Assembly (NCBI RefSeq): GCF_009914755.1
Contig: NC_060947.1
From: the human T2T-CHM13v2.0 reference genome, Homo sapiens
Length of the DNA: 64,000 nucleotides
Direction: 5' to 3' (one strand)
Shown: one piece after another, positions 1 through 16,903 of the stretch
Position numbering within the stretch: position 1 is the first letter of the stretch
Layout: every line of letters starts with the position of its first letter
The notes under the pieces: model-generated
Told to the model about the DNA's origin: nothing
Database searches by the model: none
Seen by the model: the letters and a program-made list of their open reading frames with translations, nothing else
Program-made: the position numbers and the translations under genes

Positions 1-635
1 AGGAATCAGAAAAATGTCTTTTCTTTTATTCACTGTATTTTCTATTCTCACAAGTGCAGCATATGTAGAATGTGGTGGTGGTGGTGGTTTGGTTATAATC
101 TCTAGGGAGAGACTTCACAATGTCCCATTAAGCTCCCAGAGGCTAAGGTTACCTGGTTAAGAGGCAAAATGAAAGATGAGAGTAAAATCTGCCTGTAATC
201 CAGTTTTGTAAACAACTTAATTGAGGTAACCATGATAACACGTGAAGTTTGTTTTTCTAGGTCTGAGTTTCTGTCCACCTGAAGTTTCAAAGCTAGATGT
301 TGTTAACATAGTAAATTAAGCAGAATCGGAAAACAGTTGCCATAGTATGGCATGGGTGGACACTTTCATGAGCTGATAACTTGATTCGAATATGTAAGCA
401 TGTTAAAAGTCTGTTTTCCACATAATAACTGAATCTTTCACATAACCTGGATGAAATGAGATATACTAAATACATCAATAAACATCAACAGCTTATTTAC
501 AAAACAGTCAGCTGCACTGCAGCAGGGATTCCTTTCCTTAAGATTAATTTTCTTCTGCTTTGTTTTCAATCTCCTTTCTTGGTGACTTATCTCTTCCATG
601 GAGTTGCTGAAAAGATTTTTATTTACGTATGTATT

Positions 636-1162
636 TATTTTTTTTCAACTTTTATTTTAGTTTCAAGAAATGCATGTGCAGGTTTGTTACCTGAGTATAT
701 AGCATAACACTGAGGTTTGAGGTAGGGATCCAGGTAGTAAACATAGCACCAAATAGGTAGTTTTTGAGTCCTTGCCCCCATCCCTCCCACCACCCTCTAG
801 TATTCCCCAGTATCTATTGTTCCTATCTTTATGTCCACGAGTACCCAATTTTTAGTTCCTACCTATAAACAAGAACATTCAGGTTATGTTTTTTTTTTCA
901 TAAACGAGAACATTTGGTTTTCTGTTCCTGCATTAATTCACTTGGGATAATGGCCTCCAACTCTATCCATATTGCTGCAAAAGATGTGATTTTATTCTTT
1001 TTCTTGACTGTGCAGTATTCCATGGTGTATATATACCACATTTTCTTTATCCAGTCCACCACTGATGGGCACCTACGCTTATTCCATGTCTTCGCCATTG
1101 TGAATAATGCTGTGATGGCCATGCACTTGCATGTGTCTTTTTGGAAGAATGATTTGTTTTCT
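636..1162 (-). mobile_element. LINE-1 3' end fragment (old L1PA/L1PB class), 5'-truncated
   Basis: T-rich tail then 'catgtgcaggtttgttac'. ORF 898..1122(-) gives the ORF2p C-terminal motif TALFTMAKTWN..CPSVVDWIKKMWYIYTMEY. Confidence 0.9.
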
Positions 1163-2609
1163 TGAAAAGGTTTTGAATGATGAAAATGGACCCAGTATAC
1201 CTCTGGAAATTCAGAGCCTCCTAAACCACTCCATTCATCCCACCTGCCTTACAAAACCTTCGAAGTTGCTAATAGTTAGAAATCAAAAGAGAAACTTTTG
1301 CTGCTTCTATTTTAGAATTAGGAATGGAAAAGAAAGTTTGTAAGTATCCCAGGGCACTGGATCTCAGAGTGGCAGCATGTTAATAGCCCAAAAGTCTTGT
1401 AGAGAATTAATAAATGTAATAAATATTATTGGTCTATTGCATATATTCTTGCCATTGGAAAACAAAAACCTGCAGCCAGATCCTTACAATGTATTATTTG
1501 ATAATTTGAAGCCAACATTCGTTGTTACCTGCCTCATGCAGCTGGCTGTGTGGAGAAGTTTTTTAGCTTTCCAGCCACATTCAGCTGTCAGGGGCAGTGT
1601 GAGAGCCAGCAGGGAGTTCACTGTAAGCCCTGCAAGGTTTTTCCAGGTTAGTGCCACGGAGAGGGAGAAACGCGCGAGAGAGATTGAAATAAATTACTAC
1701 GGAGCCTACACCAGGGATGTACAAAGTGAAAAAATGAGGCACGTGGGGGAATTATGAAAAGAAGGAGAAGGCAGTGCAGTGGCCCAGGTTGGGAATACAT
1801 CATTCAAATCTTGGACTCTTGTTGCTAGAAGGGGGATGAGCAGAAAGAGAAGCAGGTGATAGCCGGAGAACTGGTGGTGAAATGGAAATGATGGATGGGG
1901 GAAAATGACTGTAAGAACAATTTTTAAAAATAAGTTGCAGAATCTTCTCTCTGTTCCTTTGACAACATCAAGCCACTTTCTGAGGAAGAGCCATTGTAGA
2001 CATCCCTGACTTGTTTCCATCTGATGTCTTCCTATACTAGAAAAATTTGCCAACTATCTGCCACCTTTGGCCAGCTGTCTAGATCCAAGCAGTGATGCAT
2101 GTTTTTTCCTATTTCAAGTTTCTTTGGTGGTTTTGGGGTAGACTGAAGAACACGTGTTCTAACAACCATTTTGCAGAAGTCATAATCGTCATTTCTGCAA
2201 TAACTCCAGACAGACATGATGTTTCAAACATGCCGGGTATGTTTGAGGACTCTCAAATAAATCATTTTCTATAAAAACATACAGAATTGGCTTTTAAGGT
2301 GATCTTTTTATTCAGTTGGGAAATAGCTGTCTGGTCATTGAGATAAATGAATAGACAACAGGATGCTTCTTTCTTCTTCACTACATGTGTTGGTTCTCTT
2401 GGAGTGGTAGTGGGTGATCAAGTCTGAAATCCAAAAGGCAGAAATAGAAATACATACAGATAGATAGAAAGATAGATAAAAATTAATGATGAATGAGATT
2501 ATAATTCTATTAATTAAAATAGTACATCTATATATTTTACATAACTATTTTTTACATATTACAAAATAATTCCATAATTGCTTTTATGTATTAAAAATAT
2601 CTTGCTGCT

Positions 2610-2930
2610 TTTTTCTTATAGGGTACTGTGTGGTGTTTAAACATATGTATACGTGGTGGAAGGATTAAATCAAGCTAATTACTGTATCTATCACCTTATA
2701 CACTTCTCATTTTTGCAGTGAGAATGTTTAAAATGTGCTCTGTTAGCAAATTTCAAGCATAAAATACATTATTATTAATTATCATAATCATACCGTGCAG
2801 TAAATCTTAAAACCTCATGATAGTAAAATACATATAACCTAAAATTTAGCATTTTAAACATTTTAGAGTATGCAATACAATGGCATTAAGTACATTTCCA
2901 ATACTATGCAGCCCTTACCACTGTCTGGAT
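2610..2930 (-). mobile_element. Old L1 (L1MA/L1MB-like) 3' UTR fragments
   Basis: Motifs 'ggattaaatcaagctaatta', 'agcaaatttcaagcataaaatacattattatt' and 'aaaatttagcattttaaacatttt...tggcattaagtacatt' resemble L1M 3' ends. Confidence 0.6.
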
Positions 2931-3400
2931 TCAGAGAAATATTTTTAATTAACAGAAAAACTTATAATAAAAATTTGTAGAAGTTTTAATAAAATTATTA
3001 GAGCAATAAAATAATTTAAAAGAAATAATAAAAAAGAAAAGGTTCAATAAAAATTTGTATTCAGTAGTGATCGGATATCACCTTCACTACCTTTTTGCTG
3101 TTGAGATGTTTTCCAACATCTCAGTGGCAGCAGTGGCCAGTTTTGAAGCTGGCCTCTCCCAGCCCCTAATTTAGGAGTGGGGACAAGGACTCACTCCTAT
3201 GGGTCATCTGTGACCAGGGGTCATCATGGGTGGTCAATGGCTTCGCACTATGAACAGAGTGTGATACAAAATGAGGTGGCCTGACTCACAGCTTTATACC
3301 TGAGCTGACTGATCATGAGAGCAGTTCCCACTATTCTTATTTGGGGAACCAAAAGCTATAGTTGGATTTAACCACCAATAGAAATATTAAGACATGTTGA

Positions 3401-4756
<1,356 letters not shown>

Positions 4757-5994
4757 AGAAATATTAAGACATGTTGAAATGCATAAGTTTTTAGGACCAA
4801 GATATCTGCATGCTGAAGAACATATCACACTCCCTTTGCATCCCAAGCTGCAATTTGTCAAAAATGATCTTTCAAGAATAGAATGGTTGCTGTGAAACCT
4901 GCTGGAGGGATTTCGATGCAGTGTTTGAAGCCATACATGCACAGATACATGAAGAATCACCCATGGCAAATGGCCAGGAACCCTACTGGCATGCAAGAAT
5001 TCCCAAATGTCTCCTGATCTACCTGGAAAGGTTTATGTAAGCAAGAAGCAGAATGAGCAGTGAAAAAGTTTATTTAGAAAATAATGTTCCACTCAGAAAA
5101 CTAGGATACTTTCAGAAAAAGAGCTTCCATGCTTCAGTTTTCATTAACAGAGATCTGTAAATGTGTTTCTCATTCTTATATTGGATACTGTTCTGTGTGT
5201 CTCATTTTGTTTTTGTGTATATTAGGAAGTCATACATAACCTGAAATTAGCAAAAAAATTAAAAAGAAGTCATATAAATGCTTAAAATTTGAATAGAGTG
5301 AATTAAACATCCTCTAAATTGTAAGGTTATTGATTTTAAGAATTAAATGCTGATTCCATAAAATTTAATATTTATTATTTGAAATTTATCAAAGCTCTTC
5401 AACATAAATAATATATTTTATTGTGAACTGAAGGCTACTTTGCAAATAGCAAAATCTGTCACCATGAAAATTGAAAAACTAATGTTTTTTTCCCTTAAAA
5501 CTCTGAAAACAGATTTACGTAATATGTTGTCAATTTTTTTTTTTTCAAATTTCAATCTTCCTCTTTTCAGAAGGGCTGTTTGTTAGAAATATGAATTTGA
5601 AGAGCTTCCAGATATCCATTTATGTTTCCAAAAAAACACATATCTTCCAAATATGTATATTTGGAATAAGGAACATTTTTCATATGGCAAGTTTTAGGAA
5701 TATTATCCAAAAAATGCATGAAAAATTTGTAGATTTTGATTGTAATGTTGTTTAAAAGGTCATATGAAAGACACTTTTACAGACAAAGCTATGAAAAGTA
5801 CTATGCTAAAATTGGAGAAGAAATCAGAGTTTCAAGATACGTGTTCCTTTAGAAAACTAGCAAAGAGGCTCAACCTTTAGAAAAAATTCTCCTCTTCTAT
5901 TCCTCATTAGTCAGGAGACCCATGGGCACTGCATCCACATTTAAGAGTTGAATAATATTTGCTGCATATCTAAACCCTTAGCAAAAATTCGCCC

Positions 5995-6127
5995 TCATAA
6001 GGAATCAACTCTTCTAACATTTATCTTGGACTTTCAGCCTTGAAAACTAAGAGAGAATACATTCCTGTTGTTTAACTTACTCTGTCTGTGGTGTTTTGTT
6101 ACTGCAGCCATAGGGAACTCAAGGACA
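5995..6127 (+). mobile_element. MaLR MLT1 LTR 3' fragment
   Basis: 'cttggactttcagcct...ttcctgttgtttaa...tgtggtgttttgttactgcagccatagggaact'. Confidence 0.65.
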
Positions 6128-6139
6128 GGTGATATTAAT

Positions 6140-6360
6140 CTGAATAAAATACCTTTTATTTAACCCAATGCATGCAAAATATTGTTATTTTAACATGTTA
6201 TCAATATAAAATAAGAATGAGGTATTTAATGCACTTTCATTGTATGAAGAGTTAAAAGTTTGTTGTGTATTTTGAACTTACAGCACATCATGGCTGAGAC
6301 TGCACACGTTTCAAGTGTGTGAGAGTCCCATGTAGCTAGGGGCTCCCATAATGGGGGGCC
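6140..6360. mobile_element. MER3/MER33-like hAT-Charlie MITE
   Basis: 'ttttatttaacccaat...tgtgtattttgaacttacagcacatc...cacgtttcaagtg...catgtagctaggggct'. Confidence 0.7.
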
Positions 6361-6370
6361 CACCTCTAAT

Positions 6371-7153
6371 CAATATGGACAAGAGGCAGGGAAATACTAG
6401 GTAGAAAAGGGTGGGGTCCCTAGCAAGGGTTCCACCCTTAAGTCTGGACCCATGGCCCTAAATGGGAACTTCACATCCCTGTTTTCCCACCCGAATGTTG
6501 TCGTTTCCAAAACCACCCTGTCCTGCCCCACCCTTAACCCTGTACTCATAAAAACCCCAAGCTCCACTGGCAGGGGAACAGAGGCGAGTGACAGAGAAGG
6601 AGAGAAGAGAAGAAGCAGCCGGACATCGGAGAGAAGCAGCTTGACTTCAGAGGGACAGCTTGACGGTGGAACTTTGGAGAGGAGTTCAGCTGGTGATGGG
6701 CGAACTCCAGGGGAAGATTATCTTCCTGCTTAATTACCCTTCCAGCTCCTTTTCCCGTTGAGAGCCACTTTCATCGCTCAATAAAATCCTCCATGTTCAC
6801 CACCCCCCAATTTGTTCACGCAACCTCAGTCCTCCTGGAATTTGGACAAGAACCCAGGTGTGGGTGCAAGAGGCTGTCACGCTGACTCTCCACTGAGCTA
6901 TTTAACACTTAAGCCATCAACGGACAGCAAAGCTAAGGGAGCGCACTGCAACACATGCTCTCTGGGGCTCCAGGGGTCACGGAGAACCCCTAGATGCTGC
7001 CACGGGGCCGGTACGGGATTTGTTTGCCCCAGAACCTGCACCCACTCACCTGTGTACTCCCACTCCTGCAAGGGGTTTGAGAGCTGTAGGCTGAGTAAGC
7101 GAGCCACCCCTTCATAAGTCCCAGGAACGGATCAAGGGAACTATCTTGTCTCA
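6371..7153 (+). mobile_element. ERV1 solo LTR (LTR1/MER52-related)
   Basis: Starts '..atatggacaagaggcagggaaatactaggtagaaaagggtggggtccc', has an internal AATAAA near 6780, and ends ...gtctca. 4-bp TSD taat at 6367-6370 and 7154-7157. Length 783 bp. Confidence 0.85.
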
Positions 7154-7312
7154 TAATGAGGGTTTGTACTCAACACAGTTTCTCCCACACAATAGGCAAT
7201 CCATAAAGCATGCTTGTTATAACACACAAAGCAAAATAAACCTACCAGGCAGCCGCAGGAATCATACACAGGGGTCATATGAGAAAACAAAAAACATGTA
7301 TTTCACTTTTTT

Positions 7313-7822
<510 letters not shown>

Positions 7823-8424
7823 TTAAGGAGAGAATAATCTTTGAACAATCACAACTCAATCACAAGAAAAGCTTTCCACAAGCCAACTTGGCTTCTCCGG
7901 GAATTCTTTTATAGTTCTTTTTGGTGTGGGTGACTCTCCTTCAATTGGTGGATTTTTGTCGCCTTTTGTGGGGAATACCATACAAATACCTACCCTGGCT
8001 GATGCCATCTGAGGTCAACCTTCATGCCTACAATTTTATGCCACTGTTCAAAACATGCCAATTGGAATTCAAGGAAGAATATGGTAACTGGCTGACTGCA
8101 GAACCTAGATTCCTCTTCTCACCAGTTTTCTTTGCAAGAGTTATTGTGACCCAGAGGAGGTTAGAGAGGAAGAAATTAGAGGATGGTGACTATTTGCTTT
8201 TAAAATTTGATATTTGTTTTGTTGCAGTTTCTACAGTTTTAGCATCCCTTTGGATGAATTTTTTTGGTAAGTCACTAACAAATTATATAAATGATTACAA
8301 GTTAATTGATTTGATGTCAGTTTCTGTCCATTGTAAACATCCAATTGGATGTCTCCAATAAATCTTGCCAATATTTCATTATTGAAAGCACCGAGCAATT
8401 GCTTTTACCTTGTGAGAGAAGCTA

Positions 8425-8530
8425 CAGGCAGTATGCAAAAAAAAAAAAAAAAAAAAAAAAAAAAGCATGTCTGTGTTCCAATAACACTTTATTTAAAAAA
8501 AATTAAAAACAGCAGGTTTGATTTGGTGCT
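8425..8530. mobile_element. MER58-like hAT fragment with an internal ~28-nt poly(A) run
   Basis: 'gcatgtctgtgttccaataacactttattt' matches the MER58 terminal motif. Confidence 0.55.
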
Positions 8531-9075
8531 GTTTTGAATGATTAAAAACTAAATGTAATTGTAAAAAAATTAAAAACACTTATGTAAATTAAAACACATA
8601 AAAATCACATTACAAGTAAATGTTTCATGTTTCCAAAAGTTGGGTTTTGCTTAAATATATAAAAAGGCAATAAAAAGCAAAATATAAAATTGTAGTGAAT
8701 AAATATTAAATTTTATAAATTGAATGATTTAAGTAATATTGGAGCTTTCAATTTATGTTTTAAACATGAACTTTAGTCTAAAATTTAATATTTTAACATT
8801 CATTTGGTAGCTAAAGGAATGATGGCCACAATTTCCATGTAATATCCATGTAATATATTGAACTCCATATATACATGTATACCTGTGTTCTATATATGTG
8901 AAATACATACAACACATATACATATACTCGTACGTATTATACACGAATATCCACATATGTTTATACATGCAATATAATTTTTTTATATTGCAACTTGTTG
9001 TCAGTGACCTTGTGCAGCTTTTGGAGACACCATGCTAATTTGTAAGTACATCTAGAACCACAATATAGAAAATGA

Positions 9076-9486
<411 letters not shown>

Positions 9487-10119
9487 TGATGGCTTCACAG
9501 TCTAGGTGGTCAAGCCTACGATATTACGTAGATGCTTATAGAACCATTTACGGTGCAACTACTTGTAAAGAGAAAAGTCATTCTTAGCCAGAGCTTACAC
9601 TTTAGGTGTCTATTCTGCATTTTCACTCTGAGAACAAGTGTTTGACAAAGTAACATTTATTTTATTTATTTAATTAATTAATTAATTAATTTTTTGGCCA
9701 TTCACCTAAACACTTCTGCGACTCAGACCCTTCCACATACCAAAGCAGTAAAGCAATGTCCATCTCAGAAATGTCTAAGCTATAACTCACAGACCTTAGG
9801 GGCATTGAAACAAGTCACCTCTGGTTTCAGGAACATTCATTGGTCAAACTTGGGAAGGTTTTTGGAGGCATAAAAGGTGTTAGTCATGAGAACAGATGCT
9901 CAGGGAGGCAGTTACACCATGTTTGAGTTGAGCCCTGGATCCCAAGTGACAGGTTCCTGTTGTCCATCCTTAATCTCATATGCATTTAATTGTTGACTTC
10001 TGTTTGTGATGCACAGTGCCTTCTAAGGCATAGGTTCCAGGCTAAGGATGTTTTCTGTCCAGGTGTGGGAACTGTATTGTATTATGGGATTTGGGATTTA
10101 GAAGAATAATTAACAGTTT

Positions 10120-10242
10120 AAAATATTATTTTAAAAAATGTATTGATACATAATATTTGTACACATTTATGGGGTAAATGTGATATTTTGTTACATGCAT
10201 AGAATTGTGTAATGATCAAGTCAGGGTATTTAGAGTATCACT
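10120..10242 (-). mobile_element. L1MA-type 3' terminal fragment
   Basis: 'gatacataatatttgtacacatttatggggta...tgtaatgatcaagtcagggtattt'. Confidence 0.7.
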
Positions 10243-10892
10243 ATTCTTTAAGCTTTGTAATTGGGTCTGATTTTCATAATTACTCATTTAAAAAAATAAT
10301 ATCTAAAATAAGGTAGACCTTCCCTCCTAGAATTGCTCTGAGGAATAGGATAAGCACATTTTCCCAGTCTCTGAGGAATGAAAGATGACTTCACAGGGAA
10401 GATGTGATTTAGACTAAATCCTAGAGATTAAGATTATCAGGGGTTTCAAGCAAAGGAAATAGCACAAATGAAGTAGTGAGAAAAGTAGAACTTTAAGTTC
10501 TAAAATGACATTCAAGGAAATATCCTGAGATGGGGAGAGGTATTTCTTGGCTAACTTGAGGGCAGGAAGTCATATGCAATTCCTTACATCTACTAAGCAT
10601 TCAGCGAATGCTTCCTGCAATCAATTATTCAATCAATCAATCGATCAATCAATCATCAGTCAGGTAATCAATGATTGAATAGATGACAGGCTTCAACTTA
10701 ATCTCCCCGGTAAACCTGTGGTCATATGAGCAACTCAAGGAAGGAAATAACTGCACATGCATATTTTAGGTGCCTAATTTTGTTGGCATGAATTGGTATC
10801 TGGGAGGAGATTCTGCATTAATGAAAGCTCTGAATTTTAGCTGTGCTTGGGAGCTGGAGAGAAAGAGCAAATTATAAAGAGATTTAGGGAAA

Positions 10893-11570
10893 TCTAATAT
10901 CCTAAGACTTCCATTACAAAGAACAACAAATTGGGCAGTTTAAAACAACAGAAATGTATTGTGTCACAATTCTGGAAGCCATAATTCCAAAATTCTAGAG
11001 ACAGGTGCCTTTCTGGATTTAGCATCCAGCAGTGCAAGGTAATAAAGACGGTGAAGATAAAAACATATCAGGAAGTAATGTTGCTTGTGCAGGCAACAAT
11101 GGGTACAAGCCAGTAGTTCTTTATTTAATGGTCCAAGTTGCCCTGGACATGCATGAATAAAAGGAAATTACCATGCCCCGTTGGGAAGCAGAGATCCCTT
11201 CCCTTCCAATTTTATGAAAAGATGTTGCCAGGGTTTGTTCCATCTGGAGGTTCTGAGGAAGGACTCCTTCTTAGCTTCTCTCCTAGCTTTGGTGGTAGCC
11301 AGCAATTTTTGGCATTCCTGCCTTGAGGATGCATCACTCCAATCTCTAACTCTTCATCATACGGTGCTCTGTCTGTGCATCTCTGTCTTCACATGGCAGT
11401 CTACTCACTGGAACGTTAGTCATATTGGATTTAGAATCTACCCCACTCCAATATGACCTCATCCTAAACTAATTGCGTCTGCAATGACCCTATTTTCAAA
11501 TAAGGTCACATAATGAAGTACTAGGGGTTAGTACTTCAACATATTTTGGGAATAAGGGAGGATACAATTT
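10893..11570 (-). mobile_element. MaLR MLT1 (MLT1C-like) LTR interrupted by a 215-bp non-repeat insert at 11000-11214
   Basis: 'aaaacaacagaaatgtattgtgtcacaattctgga...ccaaaat | aagatgttgccaggg...gcaatgaccctattttcaaataaggtcaca'. The two halves are colinear with the MLT1 consensus across the insert. Confidence 0.85.
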
Positions 11571-11934
11571 GATCCTTGAAAAGGAGGGTACAGCTCACAT
11601 ATCTTGGTATATAACATGGCATGAAAAATGTGAATTTAGGGAAATCATAACAAAGTCTCTAAGTGGGCATGTAGATGAACTTGATATTAATGAAAACAGA
11701 GATCATCAGAGAAATCGTATGTGTGGCATCAACTGGGTTTATAATGCCTAGAATTCTTTAGGAATCATTGGCAAAAGGGAGTTGAACTTAGAAGAATGCC
11801 AAACTCTTTGTGATCCACTCAATACAGTTGTCTTATTTCTTCCATCAAGTGATTATTGCACTGTGCAAGTACACAAAGAGAAGGTGGTTTTGCTTTATGT
11901 ATAAAAAAGTCTCCAAGATTTATTGATGTATGAC

Positions 11935-12058
11935 AAATGCATTGTACATAATACATTGTACATAAAGTGCATTGTACGTACAAATGCATTGTACACAATG
12001 GATTGTACATACAAGTGCATTCTACATAAAAATGCATTGTGCATCATGCATCATACAT
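11935..12058 (+). repeat. Degenerate minisatellite, about 8 copies of a 13-16 bp unit (aatgcattgtacat)
   Basis: Repeated atgcattgtacata, atacattgtacata, gtgcattgtacgta, atggattgtacata units. Confidence 0.8.
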
Positions 12059-14037
12059 ATATATAATGATACATATGGTATATCAATATATATGCAAAAT
12101 AATGATGTAAATGAATTTGAATATATACTTTTGCTTTTATATTTATACAATATCCTGGGGTGGGAAAAATAGGTGTTGGAAATTTTGAAAGGAGAAGTGG
12201 AAGGAGTACTGAATATCATTTTGAGCCTCAGAACTTCATACTGTTTTATGGCTTCCATTATGCTTAATTAACAGTTGGCTTGAATATGACTATCAACCCT
12301 GTATGCACTTTTGTTGATATACTACTGAATCATCACCCTGAGTCTATGTGCATATCATCCTACGGTGATTTGTAGAAAGATGCTGAGATTGAATAATTCA
12401 GTGGCTGCGTGGATGGAGAACACCTTCCCTATCCTGACATATACTCTTTAAGCCCATGAAGCTAATTTAAAGTCTAACCTTACAGCGCCATAATGTCTCA
12501 AATAAAAGGAGAGGTGACAGGTGCATTTTTTGGATTTAGCATCCAGCAGTGCAAAGTAATGAAGGCGGTAAAGATGAAAATACATTGGGAAGTAATGTTG
12601 TTTGTGCAGGCAACAACAGGCGAACTGCCAGTAATTCTTTCCTAACTTCTTTATTTAATGATCCAAGTTGCCCTCGACATGCAAGAGGGAAAGGAGATTA
12701 CCATGCCCCGTTGGGAAGCAGAGATCCCTTGCCTTCCAATTTTACAGTACATTGGTTTACAGCCAGGACTGTCTGTGTAATACTGGACTTTAAACAAACC
12801 ATTTATCTCTGCAGTTCTTCTCTTGGCACTGGTCCATCGCTAGACAGAGTAAGTTTTACCGTGCTGCCAAGGCTCTGCCGTCTCGCCTCCCTCTGGAAGG
12901 CCACTTTACGTTAAATGCAGTGGAAGATGTTTGCTAAATTCCCAAGCAAATGCACAGTGAAAATGTGGAGGTGAAACCAGCAAAATAGGACCTTAAAGAT
13001 GAACTCTGCATCTTCACTCTCATGAGTTGGGGAGGATGGGAGAAATCATTTGAATTCAGTTTAGTGAATTAGTGCTACATCAAATTATAATTCTGTAAAG
13101 TGCCTACATTTTAAAATACTGTTATCTTCAACAATGTTTTTCCACCATCAGAGACTTATGCTCCTACAGTTAGGGTTTCTCATTGTGCTTTTAATATAAA
13201 TGTGTACTTAAAATATGCAGTCTTACATAGTAGAAAAATAAGGCATATTAAAGATTTATACCACATCAATAGGAGGATAGCCAATTTCCCCCACTCGTTC
13301 ATTGATATGAAATACAGCTTCATATGAAGTTTCAGAGGTATACACACTATAAATTAAACTTCTTCAAAATGGTGACTATTACTCCAATCGGAAGGGAAGT
13401 GGGTGAGAGGAGATTGCAAAGATGTGAAAAAAGTGGGGTGCATTTCAAATACAGGTTAAAATTAACGTTATATGCGTTCACAAGATTCCACTGGAATTTA
13501 GAGACTACTCCTTGGCTCTCCAAAACACGAATTAGATAATGCCAGTTCTCTTGGCATTCATATCATGATCTAGTTTGTAAGTCATTATTTTAAATCCATT
13601 TCGACCATGTTTTATTGCTTTCATTGGGTAAATCTGAAAATTAATCCAAAGTGCAAACTAATAAAACAAACACTCACGAGCCCACCATTCAGAATAAACA
13701 AGCGTGAGTAGATTTATCCTCTTTTCTTCACATTTGTGTGTGTTTTATGGTTGCTGTGGTCATTGTTAATTCATAAGACTTTGTGAACATCATTGAAGCC
13801 CCCTTAGTTTTCAGTCCTGGTTTTCCATTTCCTTCATATTCAAAGACAACTACTTTGATGAGATTGGTATTCATTATTCCCACCATTGTCTATTTATAAT
13901 TTTAATTTAAAAATGTACATCAATTTGAACAATGTTACAATTAGCTCTATAAGCATTTGTTTATTTAATTTTTTTTAAGTTCTAACCACATTGATAAGTA
14001 TTGTAAGAGGTGATTAATGGATAAGATTATTATGTCT

Positions 14038-14382
<345 letters not shown>

Positions 14383-14473
14383 AAGATTATTATATCTAAG
14401 TCTATTTGTTCTTAAATGACTGGATATTATTTAAATAGGTGGAGCATTAAAAAAGATGCTGATAATAGGGTGG

Positions 14474-15263
<790 letters not shown>

Positions 15264-15489
15264 GGTGGTCTACATGTCTTCTTGTGCATCAGGTAGGAAC
15301 ACTTCTAAGGGGGGAAGCTAGCGGTCCAACTTCTGAGCCAGAGTGTGTAACTCATTGTTTTTCAATTTTACTAAATAATTGTATATATCTCTCCCTACTG
15401 GTTGTAGCAATGTTTATTAAAAAAAAAAAAAAAAAGGATGAGAATCACTATTCTCTTGTAATCTTACACGTCATAGAGTTAGACTTTAC

Positions 15490-16325
15490 ATTTTTTATTC
15501 CTTTATGTATTTTTAATTGACAAATAACGATAGTATATATTTATGAGAACTTTGTGTGTTTTGTTTTGTTTTGTTTTTTTGAGACAGGATCTTGCTCTGT
15601 CCCCTAGGTTGGAGTGCAGTGACATGTTCATAGCTTGCTGCAGCTTTGACCTCCAGGGCTCAAGAGATCCTCCCACCTCAGCCTCGTGAGTAGCTGGGAC
15701 TACAGGCACACACCACCACACCTGGTTAATTTTGTTTATTTTTTGTAGAGATGGGGTCTTGTTATGCTGCCCAGACTCGTCTCAAACTTCTGAGCTCAAG
15801 TAATCCTGCCACCTCAGCCTCCCAACAGGCATGAGCTATCATCCCAGCCTGAGACATTTAAAATCGATTATCTTAGCAATTTTCCAGTAGACAATACATT
15901 GTTGTTAACTATAGTCACCATGACTACAATAGGTCTCTTGAAATTATTCCTCCCATTTAACTAAACTTTTGTATCTTTTGACCAACCACTATTCTACTCT
16001 CTGCTTCTATGAGTTCAACTGTTGTAGATTTCACATATAAGTGAGATCATGCAGTATTTATCTCTCTGTGCCTGTCTTATTTCACTTAGCATAACATCCT
16101 CCAGGTTCATCCATGTTGTAGTGAATGACAGAATTTCATTTTTTAAGGCTGAATAGTATTCCATTGTGTGTAGGTATCACTTTTTCTTTTCCAAAGATGC
16201 TTAGGTTGATTCCCTGTCTTATCTGTTGTATGCAGTGCTGTGATGCATATGGGAGTGCTGATTTAATTTTCTTTGGCTGTATAGTGAGTAGTGAGATTGC
16301 TGGATCATATGGTAATTCTCTTTTT
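15490..16325 (-). mobile_element. L1MA-type 3' fragment interrupted by AluJ (15552-15849)
   Basis: 'tttaattgacaaataa...agcaatttt...ctatgagttcaact...aagtgagatcatgcagtattt...gagattgctggatcatatggta'. Confidence 0.8.
15552..15849 (-). mobile_element. AluJ
   Basis: (TTTTG)n tail and 'gggctcaagagatcctcccacctcagcc'. Approximate TSD tgagaacttt/tgagacattt. Confidence 0.9.
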
Positions 16326-16600
16326 ATAGACTTTACATTTTGTTAATTACATGTGTATAAGTAAATGTTATTTTCTATCATTAGAGAGATGCATAACATC
16401 TTTCCATATGTTTACTGGATGTTTCAATGTCATTGTAAGTAATGTGCTTATTCTCCTTTATGTTCTATTATCATTTTGTCTAATGTTTTAAATTGACTTT
16501 ACTATTTACATATAATTGGTTTTATTCTTTCGCCATTTATATCCCTTGCAAATTTATTTGCACATTTCTTGTTTTCCAGATGTGTTTAGGTAGTCTTTGA

Positions 16601-16903
<303 letters not shown>

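Noticed and set aside
2966-3060. 14-bp repeat aataaaaatttgta flanking an A-rich stretch (possible TSD)
   Set aside because: Low-complexity context and no identifiable inserted element.
7921-8361. 146-aa ORF in unique sequence (also 1377..1757, 53372..53611, 63243..63470)
   Set aside because: No recognisable domain or exon structure, some lack an ATG start, and lengths are compatible with chance.
11935-12058. Short repeats as a CRISPR-like array
   Set aside because: Units are adjacent with no unique spacers, in a eukaryotic context with no cas genes.
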